Counted from the stretch's first letter, positions 17,937 through 28,100 are shown. The stretch is DNA of 64,000 nt from Chlamydiia bacterium (GCA_041688145.1 JBDNIV010000017.1:35682-99681); one strand, 5' to 3'. Made by a program: numbers and translations. Notes: a model not told the origin generated them from the sequence alone.

Positions 17937-18980
17937 CTAGCCTCTATAAGCTTTTTGTCTTCTAGCTTTTAAGCCCAGACCCCTAGACAAAAAAGCTCCT
18001 AAAATAAACATAAGGCCACAACCTAAAATAAGCCCTACTTCATTCACTGCAACAGCCTCGTTCTGTATAGGACTAAGTGCGCCCCTAAAAGGCCACAGTA
18101 TGGGAAGACTACCTAATATAAAGCCCGATAGCAGTGCCATCACATTGTTTTCCCATCTTGCAAGGCAAAAGCGGATACTTCTTGCCCCTAATAAAAAGCC
18201 CACTAAAACGCCCAGGCCTACCTTACTTAAAAAAGTAAACGCCTGCATATCAAACTGCCCTACAAAGAGGCTTTCGCTAAAAAGCGCAAGTGCTGAGATA
18301 AGAGGCGAGTAAAGGCCTACTATCAAAAGCAGTGTGCTACCTGATATACCGGGCAATAGCATAGCTATAGAAGCAAGCATGCCTGCTACGAACAAAAGGA
18401 TATCTGAGCCTAAATTAGACGAGCTCAAAATCAGATCTGGATTTGAAAAAAATGAAATCCCTAAAGTTTTTACGACCATAAGAGCACTTGCAATACCAAA
18501 GCCTAAAAAAAGGCTAAAAAAGGCGCGCTTGTTAAAGCGAATACCTCTTAGGTAAAAGAAAGTACAGACAACAATTAGGCCGAGAAAAAAGCTAAAAAGA
18601 TGCGCGCGTATCCAGGGCATTTCTAGAGCTATATGAAGCACTTTTGAAAAAACAAGAATCGCTAAAATATCTCCAAGAGCTAAGAAAAACCAAAAGCGCG
18701 CTTTTCCTTCAGAAAAAAAGGCTTTAAGTCCCCTTTTAGGACTTTTAAAAATCTCCCCTATAGCTGCAAAGGATCCTAAGAGTTCATCATAAAAACCAAA
18801 GAGGTAAGCTATCGTGCCTCCTGATATACCTGGGACTAAGTCACAAAAACCCATAAAGGCGCCAAAGAAAAAAATCTGGGAGATTTTTCTTCTTGGCTTT
18901 TGAATCTTTTCAGGAAATTCATCTTGCAAATCTGATGGGCCTGCTCTTAGATGAGAGGATTTTTGCGTTTTGGTTATCAT
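17937..18980 (-). CDS. DUF368 membrane protein (undecaprenyl-phosphate translocase family)
   Basis: Two PGISG re-entrant motifs (DLVPGISGGTIA; MLLPGISGS) and many TM helices. Confidence 0.88.
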   Translation of the reverse strand: MITKTQKSSHLRAGPSDLQDEFPEKIQKPRRKISQIFFFGAFMGFCDLVPGISGGTIAYLFGFYDELLGSFAAIGEIFKSPKRGLKAFFSEGKARFWFFLALGDILAILVFSKVLHIALEMPWIRAHLFSFFLGLIVVCTFFYLRGIRFNKRAFFSLFLGFGIASALMVVKTLGISFFSNPDLILSSSNLGSDILLFVAGMLASIAMLLPGISGSTLLLIVGLYSPLISALALFSESLFVGQFDMQAFTFLSKVGLGVLVGFLLGARSIRFCLARWENNVMALLSGFILGSLPILWPFRGALSPIQNEAVAVNEVGLILGCGLMFILGAFLSRGLGLKARRQKAYRG

Positions 18981-18983
18981 CCC

Positions 18984-19388
18984 CTAGAACCATCCAAAAT
19001 GTCTGCTTAGGTACCAAAAAACAGAAAACAGGGTAATGCCTAAAACAGCCCTCAACACATACGTCCAAAGCTGACTTGAAGGCATTTGTGAACCTCTTGT
19101 CTCTACCGTGCTAATACCGTAGGAAAAGTATGGCTTACTTTCAGGACCTTTAAAAAAAATTTGCTCTTCTCTTAAAAGGCGCTCTCCATCAAGTCCAAGA
19201 AAATTGGCATATTGCTTCGTAAAGCCGCGCGCATAGACTGAAGAAATCAGGCTATCCAGTGTTCCCTCTTCAATAGCTTCTAGATAACTAAGCTTGATAG
19301 AGGTTTCATTTTCAATATCTGTTAAGCTCTTTGAGAGCTTTTCTCGGTGTTCCCTTAGCGTCTGTCCAAACTTTTTCTTAGAATCCAT
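18984..19388 (-). CDS. rodZ: RodZ-like HTH membrane protein (short chlamydial form)
   Basis: YLEAIEEG...YARGF.K.YA.FLGLD HTH and one C-terminal TM; adjacent to rnhC. Confidence 0.8.
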   Translation of the reverse strand: MDSKKKFGQTLREHREKLSKSLTDIENETSIKLSYLEAIEEGTLDSLISSVYARGFTKQYANFLGLDGERLLREEQIFFKGPESKPYFSYGISTVETRGSQMPSSQLWTYVLRAVLGITLFSVFWYLSRHFGWF

Positions 19389-19527
19389 AAACCTACCTAT
19401 CGCTTAAAGCCTTAGCCTTTCATCAGCCTTGTATGTCTTTATATTTGCTTTAGTACTCTTGGAGCTTAGTATCCAAAAGCTAAAAAGGCAATATACAAAT
19501 TTAACTCAAAGGGACTATGATACAGCT

Positions 19528-20409
19528 ATGTCTAAAACTTTTGTGAATGAAATCACCCCTGAGCAAGCAACGCTCATGAAGCAAGACCTTGAAGAGGCGG
19601 GCTTCACTTTCTCAGAGCGCCCCTACTCTCTTTTCTTTGCCCAAAAAAAGGGACTTTGTGTCCAAGCATATACAAGCGGCAAGCTTGTTATTCAAGGCAA
19701 GGAAATGGGTGAATTTATTGAGTTTTACATCGAGCCTATGCTGGGGAATTTTTCTTTCACAACAAAAAACCTCACCATAGACAAAACGCCTCATATTGGT
19801 GGTGATGAATCAGGTAAAGGCGACTTTCTTGGCCCTCTTTGTATTGTAGCAGTCTACACTTCATCTGAAGCTATAGAAAAACTCTCAGAAAAAGGAGTGC
19901 AAGACTCAAAGACCCTGACAGATACCCGGATTAAAAAACTGAAGCCCTTGATTACAAGCCTGTGTACATATGAAGTCGTTATAATATCCCCTATTAAGTA
20001 CAACGCTCTGTATGAGAAGTTTCAGAACTTAAATACACTGCTCGCTTGGGGCCATGCAACGGCTATTGAAGCTGTGATCCAAAAGACAGGGAACTATCCT
20101 GTTCTTGTTGATAAGTTCGCCTCTGAAAGCGTCTTAGAAAGCGCTGTACGTAAAAAAGGTCTTGGCATTGAGCTTACGCAAAAAACAAAAGCTGAAAGCG
20201 ACATTGCTGTCGCTAGCGCCTCTATTTTAGCTAGGGCTGCTTTTGTTGAGAGCCTTGAACAGCTGGGCAAAGAGATGGGCATAACGCTTCCTAAAGGAGC
20301 GAGTAAAGCTGTTGATGAGGCCGCTAGAAAAATCGCTCATACTCAGGGCAAAGAGGCTTTGATAAAGTGCGCCAAAATGCACTTTAAAACAGCTGATCCC
20401 TTCAGATAA
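19528..20409 (+). CDS. rnhC: ribonuclease HIII
   Basis: TBP-like N-domain (YTSGKLVIQG), IGGDESGKGDFLGP and VASASILAR. Start reassigned to ATG 19528. Confidence 0.95.
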   Translation: MSKTFVNEITPEQATLMKQDLEEAGFTFSERPYSLFFAQKKGLCVQAYTSGKLVIQGKEMGEFIEFYIEPMLGNFSFTTKNLTIDKTPHIGGDESGKGDFLGPLCIVAVYTSSEAIEKLSEKGVQDSKTLTDTRIKKLKPLITSLCTYEVVIISPIKYNALYEKFQNLNTLLAWGHATAIEAVIQKTGNYPVLVDKFASESVLESAVRKKGLGIELTQKTKAESDIAVASASILARAAFVESLEQLGKEMGITLPKGASKAVDEAARKIAHTQGKEALIKCAKMHFKTADPFR

Positions 20410-20504
20410 ATCTTTCAATAAGTACTCTTATTAGTTCTCTATTTGGACAAAAATACCAAATGCCGTATGATCCCGTATTATTTCACCACCCCGGAGCATA
20501 AATT

Positions 20505-21401
20505 TTGGCTCGCCATTATTCTACCTTTATAGCTACAGTAGCTGCATCTCTTACCTGCGTCCCTTGCACACTTAAGGCAACGCCCCACCAGATCCCGACT
20601 AACTTCTTCAAAAATCAGGGTGAATACCTCTATTACGGGAAAACCCATGTGCACAATCCTGCTATTGCCAATAACGAGGTGAGCTACGCTCAGGTTTTCC
20701 ATGCAGAGAGCAGCTGGAACCATATGTTCAACCGGAAGGCCGGCTTTAAAATAGGAGTTGGAGCCTCAGGCTTAAAGCTAGATTGGCAGCACAATCCTAT
20801 CACCACTCGTAAGCTCTTCGGCCAAGCTGAATTTTCTTTAGGTCTTTTTACCCTCGATGCTAAAGGCTGGACGATAGCTTCTGAATTTACGATGTCCATG
20901 GATCCAGCTGAGATGGATTTTTCTCATTACACGCTGTATCGAGGCATTATCTACACGAAGTATAACTACGAAGACAAGTTCAATATACATGCAGGCTTTA
21001 TTGGTTACTATGGCCTGAGATACAACCGTGTAGTACCTATTGCAGGGATTGACTTTTCTATAGGGAAATACGTTAAAGTAAACGCTGTATTCCCTATAAA
21101 TGTCAGCTTAGAAATAGAGCCAAATCGCTTTTTGACTTTGTTTGCTCGCGCTCGCTTTTTACAATTGCCAAGACGCCTACAAAAAACAGACCCCTTACCT
21201 GAAGGAGTCATGTTCTATAACGGTTCTGGCGCTGAAGGCGGCGTTAAACTTCACTACTTTGAGTACTTCAACGTCCAAGGTTTTGTCGGCCGTACGTTAA
21301 GCCCCCACATTAAAGCAGAGACTTTTGATGGAGCTGAAACAACGTATTACCGCATGCGCTCGTCTACGTACTTCGGGGCAAGCATTCTCTTTTACTTCTA
21401 G
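20505..21401 (+). CDS. putative outer-membrane beta-barrel protein
   Basis: Signal peptide, alternating aromatic strands, C-terminal ...ILFYF. Confidence 0.7.
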   Translation: MARHYSTFIATVAASLTCVPCTLKATPHQIPTNFFKNQGEYLYYGKTHVHNPAIANNEVSYAQVFHAESSWNHMFNRKAGFKIGVGASGLKLDWQHNPITTRKLFGQAEFSLGLFTLDAKGWTIASEFTMSMDPAEMDFSHYTLYRGIIYTKYNYEDKFNIHAGFIGYYGLRYNRVVPIAGIDFSIGKYVKVNAVFPINVSLEIEPNRFLTLFARARFLQLPRRLQKTDPLPEGVMFYNGSGAEGGVKLHYFEYFNVQGFVGRTLSPHIKAETFDGAETTYYRMRSSTYFGASILFYF

Positions 21402-21404
21402 TAC

Positions 21405-21983
21405 CTAATCTTGTACGAACTCAAAAGAACCTACAAAGAAGTCAAAATTCTCTTCTTGAAAGTGCGTTTTATGACTTTCCATAGCGACTAGATATAAGCA
21501 GTTATTTACCATAACAGCTCGCCCTTTCATCATGACGCCATTGTTATTGACCAGAAAATCTACAGCTGTGTTGCCTTGAAAAGAATGCCAGTTGCTTGCC
21601 ATAAGCTCACTCTCTGAGCTATGCGACAAGATCCCTTTCAGAAAAGCATCTAGACCTACTTTAGGGTCTGGCTTTACCTCTGTTTTCGGATACTCAGCAA
21701 TAAGCACCATGTATAGAGCGTGTACGCCATGTTCTGCGATATAAGCATCGTATTTGATAGCGACCTTACCGCTTTTAAGCTTGAGTGTCTCAGAGACATG
21801 ATGTGGGTAGCTTGGGAATGAAACCTTATACTTATTCACACCGCTAGCAACGAAATCTTGCCAGTTATGTCCACTTTCATCTTTGCTCGCTTGAGCTGGA
21901 GAAAGATAAAGCATAGCCACACATGCAACAAGCATGGCAATAAGCCCTTTTAAAATCCCCTTCTTCTGTATTAAATGCGCCAT
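21405..21983 (-). CDS. hypothetical exported protein
   Basis: N-terminal signal peptide (AQA cleavage site); AAGGAG RBS. Confidence 0.75.
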   Translation of the reverse strand: MAHLIQKKGILKGLIAMLVACVAMLYLSPAQASKDESGHNWQDFVASGVNKYKVSFPSYPHHVSETLKLKSGKVAIKYDAYIAEHGVHALYMVLIAEYPKTEVKPDPKVGLDAFLKGILSHSSESELMASNWHSFQGNTAVDFLVNNNGVMMKGRAVMVNNCLYLVAMESHKTHFQEENFDFFVGSFEFVQD

Positions 21984-22009
21984 TGCTTGATTCTCCTTTT
22001 AAGCATGTT

Positions 22010-22672
22010 TTAGGCTATAAGTCCCCCGACTAGCCCTATAAAAAAGACAAAAAACGACGACAAAACAAAGAAGATAACCATGTTAAAAAGCGATCCAATA
22101 ATCCATGTCCCAATCGCTTTTGCCGTCGAAAACTTGTGTACCAGACTAATACCGCTTACGTAGATCACAATGCTCCAAATACTGAGCACAAGACCGACAA
22201 GCCAGTTGGTAAAGGCCCAGCCTGGATAGTGAGCCATAACCGCCATAAGCGGGATATTTCCTAAAATAATACTCGCTCCCATAGAGCGCGCAACGATGAG
22301 GTTTACAACCCACATCACGAAATAGAGACATGCAGGAACATTTGCCCAGATAAAGACTGTTGTGGCGTCTTGTGCATTAGCTTTTCCCCCGAACCATCCC
22401 CCAATTTTACTCATCAGCCATCCCCCAATACGGAAAAAGACTAGAGCCAAAATAGGCGAGAGTACAATTGTTAAAAGCACAACTACAAGCCGACTCCAGC
22501 TGACAAAATTAGAGATGCCTGCACTCAAAATGTATGAAGCGTAGTTCAAACCAATAACAGTCGCAAAAAACAAACGCATATAATGAGGCTTATATTCGAG
22601 CACTTTCGAAAACGTCTCTTTTGGCGACATCCAAATAGTTCCCCAAGGGCTGCGTCTCCATGGCTTTTGCAT
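22010..22672 (-). CDS. Yip1 family membrane protein
   Basis: W..IW.SP.ETF, 5 TM helices, GGKA and VHKFS..KA patterns. Confidence 0.8.
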   Translation of the reverse strand: MQKPWRRSPWGTIWMSPKETFSKVLEYKPHYMRLFFATVIGLNYASYILSAGISNFVSWSRLVVVLLTIVLSPILALVFFRIGGWLMSKIGGWFGGKANAQDATTVFIWANVPACLYFVMWVVNLIVARSMGASIILGNIPLMAVMAHYPGWAFTNWLVGLVLSIWSIVIYVSGISLVHKFSTAKAIGTWIIGSLFNMVIFFVLSSFFVFFIGLVGGLIA

Positions 22673-22863
22673 ACGGCTCTCCAGGGCCTAAGGGCCCATT
22701 ACATTAATCTCTCTTATAATTTCACATTATTAACTAATTGGTATTAATTCAATTAATATTTAAACTAACTATAACTATTTAAAACTAACTAAATTAAGCT
22801 GAATAGATTGTTGTTTGTTAAGTAAAATGTGAATAGAGCTGAAAAATCAGCTTAGATAAGAAC

Positions 22864-22897
22864 AAAAAAAAGCCCCTTATTGCTAAGGGGCTTTTTT
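22864..22897. terminator. intrinsic terminator, bidirectional type
   Basis: A8-GCCCCTTA-TTGC-TAAGGGGC-T6. Confidence 0.85.
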
Positions 22898-22899
22898 AC

Positions 22900-22938
22900 T
22901 CACGCTACGGCTTTATAGAGATTAGTCCAATGGGACAT
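22900..22938 (-). CDS. candidate 12-aa micro-peptide MSHWTNLYKAVA
   Basis: GGAG 5 nt before the ATG; the stop lies immediately before the terminator. Confidence 0.3.
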   Translation of the reverse strand: MSHWTNLYKAVA

Positions 22939-23037
22939 CTTCGCTCCCTGCTGCTACCTTTTAGAATTTTCTTTCCAAAAAATTCCAATTGAGATAAACA
23001 GACGAGACAATTAGCTACCCCAACGGAGATGTGACTT

Positions 23038-23496
23038 ATGGTACGCCCTAAAAGTGAACGCTTAAGAAAGCTTGAAGCCGAATGCCAAGACCTAAAACAG
23101 TGGCTCGACCTTGGTCTTGTGCCTAAAAAAGACCTTACAATCCATGAAGCTGAAATTAAAACGCTTGAGACTAAAATCGAAGAAGAAAAAGAGCGTCTTA
23201 AAGCGATTAAAGATAGCGGTGATACTGAAGAATATATCATCCCTAGAAGAAACAACGCTAAAGCCGGCTACCAAGAAAACGCGCTAGGCTCAGAGCTTGA
23301 GATTGAAGGCGGCAGCAGCCTAACAGATGCAGGCTTAGAGTCTTCTACTTACGAGAGCTCTTCTAGCTTTGCTCCTGATGGGTATGAAACAAGTGATGAC
23401 CAAACAGATGTCACTGAAGAAGAAGAAGATCCTTTCTCAGATAAAAACCGCTGGAAGCGCGGGATGCTGAGTGATCAAGACAACAGCCAGTGGTAA
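23038..23496 (+). CDS. conserved chlamydial coiled-coil/acidic protein (CT053-like)
   Basis: KSERLRKLE..DLKQWLDLGLVPKK and DPFSDKNRW match, from memory, the chlamydial protein encoded next to hemN. Confidence 0.8.
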   Translation: MVRPKSERLRKLEAECQDLKQWLDLGLVPKKDLTIHEAEIKTLETKIEEEKERLKAIKDSGDTEEYIIPRRNNAKAGYQENALGSELEIEGGSSLTDAGLESSTYESSSSFAPDGYETSDDQTDVTEEEEDPFSDKNRWKRGMLSDQDNSQW

Positions 23497-24644
23497 TAGC
23501 ACCTAAAGCTAGTCTCTACTTCCATATCCCCTTCTGCCGTAAAAAGTGTCCTTATTGCCATTTTTATGTCTTGGCTTTTAAGGCCTCGCAAGAAGACCTT
23601 CTGATAGATGCTCTAGAACAAGAGTGGCAGCAAAAACGCGATAAACTCTCACAATTTTCTATCACCTCTATATACTTTGGAGGGGGCACTCCAACGCAGC
23701 TCTCCCCTAAAGCTTTTGAAAAGATCCTTTCCTGGATCCATAGAGACTGCAAAGTTGACTTAGACTGTGAGATCACATTAGAAGCCAATCCTGAAGATAT
23801 CACCCCCTCTACTTTTCCTCTTAAAGACTACCAGTCTTTTGGCATTAACCGCATAAGCTTAGGAATCCAATCATTTGATGATACTCTCTTAAAAGCGCTT
23901 GGGCGAGGGCACTTGGGAGCTCAAGCAAAGGCAGCTATTGAAAAAGCAGATAATTTTGGCTTTGATAACATCACAATAGACCTGATGTATGAGACGCCGC
24001 ACCAAACGCTTGAATCTTGGGAAAAAACGCTTCTTTGTGCAATTAGCCTTCCCATCTCACACATCTCACTCTATAACCTCACTTTTGAAAAAGGAGCGGC
24101 TTTTTTCAGAAAGCAAAAAAGCCTTCTTCCTCTGCTTCCTTCTGAAGCAGACTCAACCCAGATGTTTGAGCTCTGTGATGAAATCCTGCCTAAAGCGGGC
24201 CTCAATCGTTATGAAATCTCTGCTTTTGCTAAAACTAAAAAAGAATCTCGACATAACCTCGGCTACTGGCAAGGTAGATCTTTTTTAGGTTTTGGTCCTT
24301 CTGCTTTTAGCTATTGGGATAAAAAGCGGTTTCAAAATATCGCAAATCTTAAAAAATATAGCGACCTTTTAAAAGAAGGCAAAAGCCCAATAGATTTCAG
24401 TGAAAGCCTAGAGCCCCTAGCTCATCAAGCTGAGATGCTTGCGGTAGGCCTGAGACCTTTAGAAGGCATAGACATATCAAGCTTTGAAGCCCAATATGGG
24501 GCACTCAGCCCTGAGATCGAAAAAACACTTAAACGCTTAGAAGAGGCCAAGTTCATCAAACTTGCCTCTACACAAAAAATAAGCCTCACCCCGAAGGGGA
24601 GGCTTTTTCATGATACAGTAGCTGAAGAGCTCATTCAAGCTTAA
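23490..24644 (+). CDS. hemW: radical SAM heme chaperone HemW (HemN-like)
   Basis: [27 protein letters not shown] and HN..YW motifs. Confidence 0.92.
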   Translation: MVIAPKASLYFHIPFCRKKCPYCHFYVLAFKASQEDLLIDALEQEWQQKRDKLSQFSITSIYFGGGTPTQLSPKAFEKILSWIHRDCKVDLDCEITLEANPEDITPSTFPLKDYQSFGINRISLGIQSFDDTLLKALGRGHLGAQAKAAIEKADNFGFDNITIDLMYETPHQTLESWEKTLLCAISLPISHISLYNLTFEKGAAFFRKQKSLLPLLPSEADSTQMFELCDEILPKAGLNRYEISAFAKTKKESRHNLGYWQGRSFLGFGPSAFSYWDKKRFQNIANLKKYSDLLKEGKSPIDFSESLEPLAHQAEMLAVGLRPLEGIDISSFEAQYGALSPEIEKTLKRLEEAKFIKLASTQKISLTPKGRLFHDTVAEELIQA

Positions 24645-25699
24645 GCTAAGCCAATATCTTTACAACGGTAGACATCTTGAATACCGTGCAATAGCTCTAT
24701 CCCCTCTTTCATAGGACGCTGGAATGCTTTTCTTCCACAGATAAGACCAAGACCTCCTGCACGCTTGTTGATGACAGCTGTTGATACCGCATCTTGCAAA
24801 TCGTTGTCTCCAGAAGCGCCGCCCGAGTTGATAAGGCCCATACGCCCCATGTAGCAGTTGATAACCTGGTAACGCGTAAGATCAATTGGATGATCCGAAC
24901 AAAGATCTGTGTACATGCCATCGACTTGCTTACCAAACTTAAGCGTCTTAAAACCGCCGTTATTCGTTGGCAGCTTCTGCTTAATGATATCGGCTTCAAT
25001 CGTCACACCAAGATGGTTCGCCTGGCCGGTTAAATCAGCTGCTGTGTGAAAGTCTTTACCCTCTGTTTTAAAACCAGGGTTTCTAAGATAGCACCAAAGA
25101 ATTGTGGCCATGCCAAGCTCATGGGCTCTATCAAACGCTCTTGCCACATCAATAATTTGCTGGTCGCTTTCCTCAGAACCGAAATAGATTGTTGCACCTA
25201 CAGCAGCGCACCCCATCTCATAAGCTTGCTCTACTGAAGCAAACATGATCTGATTAAATGTATTAGGATATGTCATCAACTCGTTGTGATTAAGCTTAAG
25301 AATAAAAGGGATCTTATGCGCGTATTTACGTGCTACAGAACCAAGCACTCCCAACGTAGACGCTACACCACTACATCCGCCTTCAACAGCAAGCTTAACA
25401 ATGTTTTCTGAATCGAAGTAAATTGGGTTTTTAGCAAATGAAGCTCCAGCTGTATGCTCAATACCTTGGTCAACCGGCAAGATACTTAAGTACCCTGTAT
25501 CCGCAAGTCTTCCATGAGAAAAAAGCCACTGCAAGTTACACAGCACTCTGCCATTACGGTTAGAAGGAATAAAGATCCTATCTACCCAATCAGACCCAGG
25601 CTTATGTAGGTCTTTAGAACACTCGATTTTACTTTTGTAGTTTAAAAGGTCATCTGCTTGATTTCCTAGAATTTTTTCAATATCACTTAGTTTTGCCAT
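24641..25699 (-). CDS. fbaB: class I fructose-bisphosphate aldolase (DhnA type)
   Basis: [19 protein letters not shown] and [12 protein letters not shown] motifs. Confidence 0.96.
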   Translation of the reverse strand: MAKLSDIEKILGNQADDLLNYKSKIECSKDLHKPGSDWVDRIFIPSNRNGRVLCNLQWLFSHGRLADTGYLSILPVDQGIEHTAGASFAKNPIYFDSENIVKLAVEGGCSGVASTLGVLGSVARKYAHKIPFILKLNHNELMTYPNTFNQIMFASVEQAYEMGCAAVGATIYFGSEESDQQIIDVARAFDRAHELGMATILWCYLRNPGFKTEGKDFHTAADLTGQANHLGVTIEADIIKQKLPTNNGGFKTLKFGKQVDGMYTDLCSDHPIDLTRYQVINCYMGRMGLINSGGASGDNDLQDAVSTAVINKRAGGLGLICGRKAFQRPMKEGIELLHGIQDVYRCKDIGLA

Positions 25700-25726
25700 T
25701 TAGGTATCTCCTCGTTATGAAGCGTA

Positions 25727-25755
25727 ACTTTACCTGAAATGACTGAATGTGACAA
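25727..25755 (-). promoter_or_regulatory. putative sigma66 promoter for fbaB
   Basis: TTGTCA-17nt-TAAAGT on the minus strand. Confidence 0.45.
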
Positions 25756-25777
25756 GGGCCTCTAAAAGAGGCCCTTG
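25753..25777. repeat. 11-bp inverted repeat / hairpin
   Basis: CAAGGGCCTCT-AAA-AGAGGCCCTTG, with no U-tract on the coding strand. Confidence 0.7.
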
Positions 25778-25812
25778 CTTTACTATTTCCTAAGATGATC
25801 AACAAGAGGATT

Positions 25813-27074
25813 TTAACTAAGCTCTCTTTTAGTTAAGTCCCAATGGATAAGTGAGATGTTATCTCCTTTTGAGCTTGCTTGTTCATAAGCTGCTTTCACC
25901 CAAGCTTGAGGCCCCTCTAAAACAGTTGGAAGAAATTTAGAGCTGTCTGGGAAGCTATCTGTCACACCATCGCAACATACAACTACGTGTAACACATCTG
26001 CCATAGCGAAAGGGCCTTGAACATCAGGAACACATAGAAGGCCTACATGCCCATTTGGAAGCTCTATACTAGTTGGAAGCACTATACTAGAATGCCCAAA
26101 AGCATGAGAAACACCAAAGGTATCTTCTCCCCCGTCATCCCAGTGCAAGCCTCCATAGACTGAGCCACCAAGAGGTACTGCTGATTCATCTACTAAATAG
26201 CCCTGCTTACGCATTGCGACTATAGTATCCTTATCGAACCCATGGTCTTCGCTAGCTGCAAGCCATTTATTATCGCGGTCATAGACAATAGTCCGAGAAT
26301 CTCCCAGGTTAATTATCCAACAATTATTTTTTATTCTTAAAAAGAGAGTCGCTGTTGTACCTGCTCGAGCGGTTGGAGGCTGGTCTGTGAGTGAAGGCTG
26401 AGCATTCCTTGGAAACTGTCTTACACACGCTGCTTGTGCCTGCTCAAATATAGCGATAATCTCACCTTGAAAGTTTTCTGGAGCAATCTCTTCTGAGACT
26501 AGTCTTTGAGCAAGAAGAACAAGCTTTTCCCTCATTTCATCTTTAATAAATTCAGAGAGTTGCTTGCCGGGGGGGTCTTGATATCGCTTTCAGGACTTGC
26601 ACTGTGTCCATCGAAAACACCTAAAATAGTGTAATCTCTTGTCTGCACAACAACTGTACTATCTTCTTGATATTTCAGTTCAGGGCCAGTTGTATGAACG
26701 TCTGTTATACCTGAACTAGTTTGAACTTCCACATCAAAAACCTTGTCTGGAAATTTTCCAGAATCAGTAGTACATTTAAATAGCTCACAAGCCATCCGAT
26801 CAAGCCCTATACTTACAGTTTCTTTTTGAGGTGGCTGCTGTTCTAATTCTCTAGGCTGAGCTTGAAGGTAAGATAACGCTAAGCGCGTTAGATACCCAAG
26901 TGCTAAAGAAGAGGCTACAGTCGCAGCAAACAGCTTTAAAGAAGGAGCTTTTATAGCATTTGATTTTAGAGTGCTTTGAGCTACATAAGCTACAAGTCCA
27001 ACAAAAGGCGTGATAGCAGCAGCGGCAGGCAGATAACTGCGACAATTAGTATACGAAAAAGGAAATAGAAACAT
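25813..27074 (-). pseudogene. membrane-anchored PP2C-family Ser/Thr phosphatase, frameshifted at a C7 tract (26569-26575)
   Basis: ORF 26532..27074 has QED and GVFDGH; ORF 25813..26535 has GTTA, NLGDSR, CCDGVTD and DNIS. One extra C joins them as KTPPGKQLSEFIKDEMREK. Confidence 0.85.
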
Positions 27075-27268
27075 AATTTTACACTCTAAGTTGTTTTTTA
27101 TAATAACAATTATAATTCAAATGAGCATTTATTAGAATAGAAAAAGCAAACAGCCCTTGCTGAGAGAAGTCTGTTGTTTATATAAGTAATGCGCAGGCTC
27201 AAATATAAGCAAAGCGCTTATCTTTAATAAAATAAGCCCCCTGCTTAAGATCAAAAATTTTCTAATAC

Positions 27269-27703
27269 TTACTTCTTGTAAAAAGCGAGCTCTACTATTC
27301 CATCTTTAGCCCAAATTGTTCCTTTAGGCTGATGTAATCGGTCTATTTTTGGAGGCAAAGGCAGTGTGTATTTGAGCTCTTTAGAGCTACTATTGAAGCC
27401 AAAAGCTCCACGAGATCTTGCTTGAACAATAAGAACTAGATTGTTGTTTTCGTTGATATGCGATTCAAACGAAGTAATTATCAAACCTTTCAAAGTGGCC
27501 TCTTTACCTTCTTTTTCCTCCCAAAACATAGCTTTTAGATAGATAAACTTATCATCTTCTGATGCTTTCCAATCTCCTTGCAGCAAACTAGCATAAGCTT
27601 CTAAAGAGCACTGATCTGTTCCAATAATATTAATGGAGCCCCCTGCTCGAAAATCTAATCTATCTGTGATGAAGTAATTTCCTGAATCCACTGAATTTGC
27701 CAT
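27269..27703 (-). CDS. hypothetical protein, possibly divergent Hsp20/alpha-crystallin fold
   Basis: AAGGAG RBS; C-terminal YTLPLPPKID...AKDGIVELAFYK resembles LP..VD...A...DGVL.I..PK. Confidence 0.55.
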   Translation of the reverse strand: MANSVDSGNYFITDRLDFRAGGSINIIGTDQCSLEAYASLLQGDWKASEDDKFIYLKAMFWEEKEGKEATLKGLIITSFESHINENNNLVLIVQARSRGAFGFNSSSKELKYTLPLPPKIDRLHQPKGTIWAKDGIVELAFYKK

Positions 27704-27846
27704 GTTATTTCTCCTTATTTCTATTCTGTGTAAACCTTAAAAAAGAGCCAGTGTACCTCCTTCCTTCTATTTTTTTCTAGTGATAAAAAGCCTTTCCTTG
27801 CTACAAGGTTTAAAAAAAATATATTGATACATGAGACAAAAAAACT

Positions 27847-28029
27847 ATGAAGCTTAATGGAAGAAAAGCGCACAGAAAAAAAGGAACTTCTAAGTTTCCT
27901 AAACCCTTTCTTAAGCTGATAGCTCCTTTACACTGGTACCCTGTTTTTGCCAGCCGCATTACCCATGTAGGTGGCGATCCTAACGGCTTTGGAAAAGAGA
28001 TGTTCCAAACATATATCCATCTATATTAA
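27847..28029 (+). CDS. small hypothetical protein
   Basis: 60-aa ORF filling an intergenic gap; TTGCTA-16-TATATT upstream. Confidence 0.35.
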   Translation: MKLNGRKAHRKKGTSKFPKPFLKLIAPLHWYPVFASRITHVGGDPNGFGKEMFQTYIHLY

Positions 28030-28035
28030 AACACG

Positions 28036-28064
28036 TTGAAAATCAAAGGCGTTTTATGCATAAT
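28036..28064 (+). promoter_or_regulatory. putative sigma66 promoter
   Basis: TTGAAA-17nt-CATAAT. Confidence 0.55.
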
Positions 28065-28100
28065 GTGCTTATCTATAAAGACTCTTTTTAAAGGAATGAA

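Noticed and set aside
22905..23255. 116-aa minus-strand ORF ending near the terminator
   Set aside because: Mostly an antisense shadow of the CT053-like gene, with no protein-like features.
24641..24644. Convergent genes sharing stop codons in TTAA (and CTAG at 41285-41288)
   Set aside because: A common feature of compact genomes.
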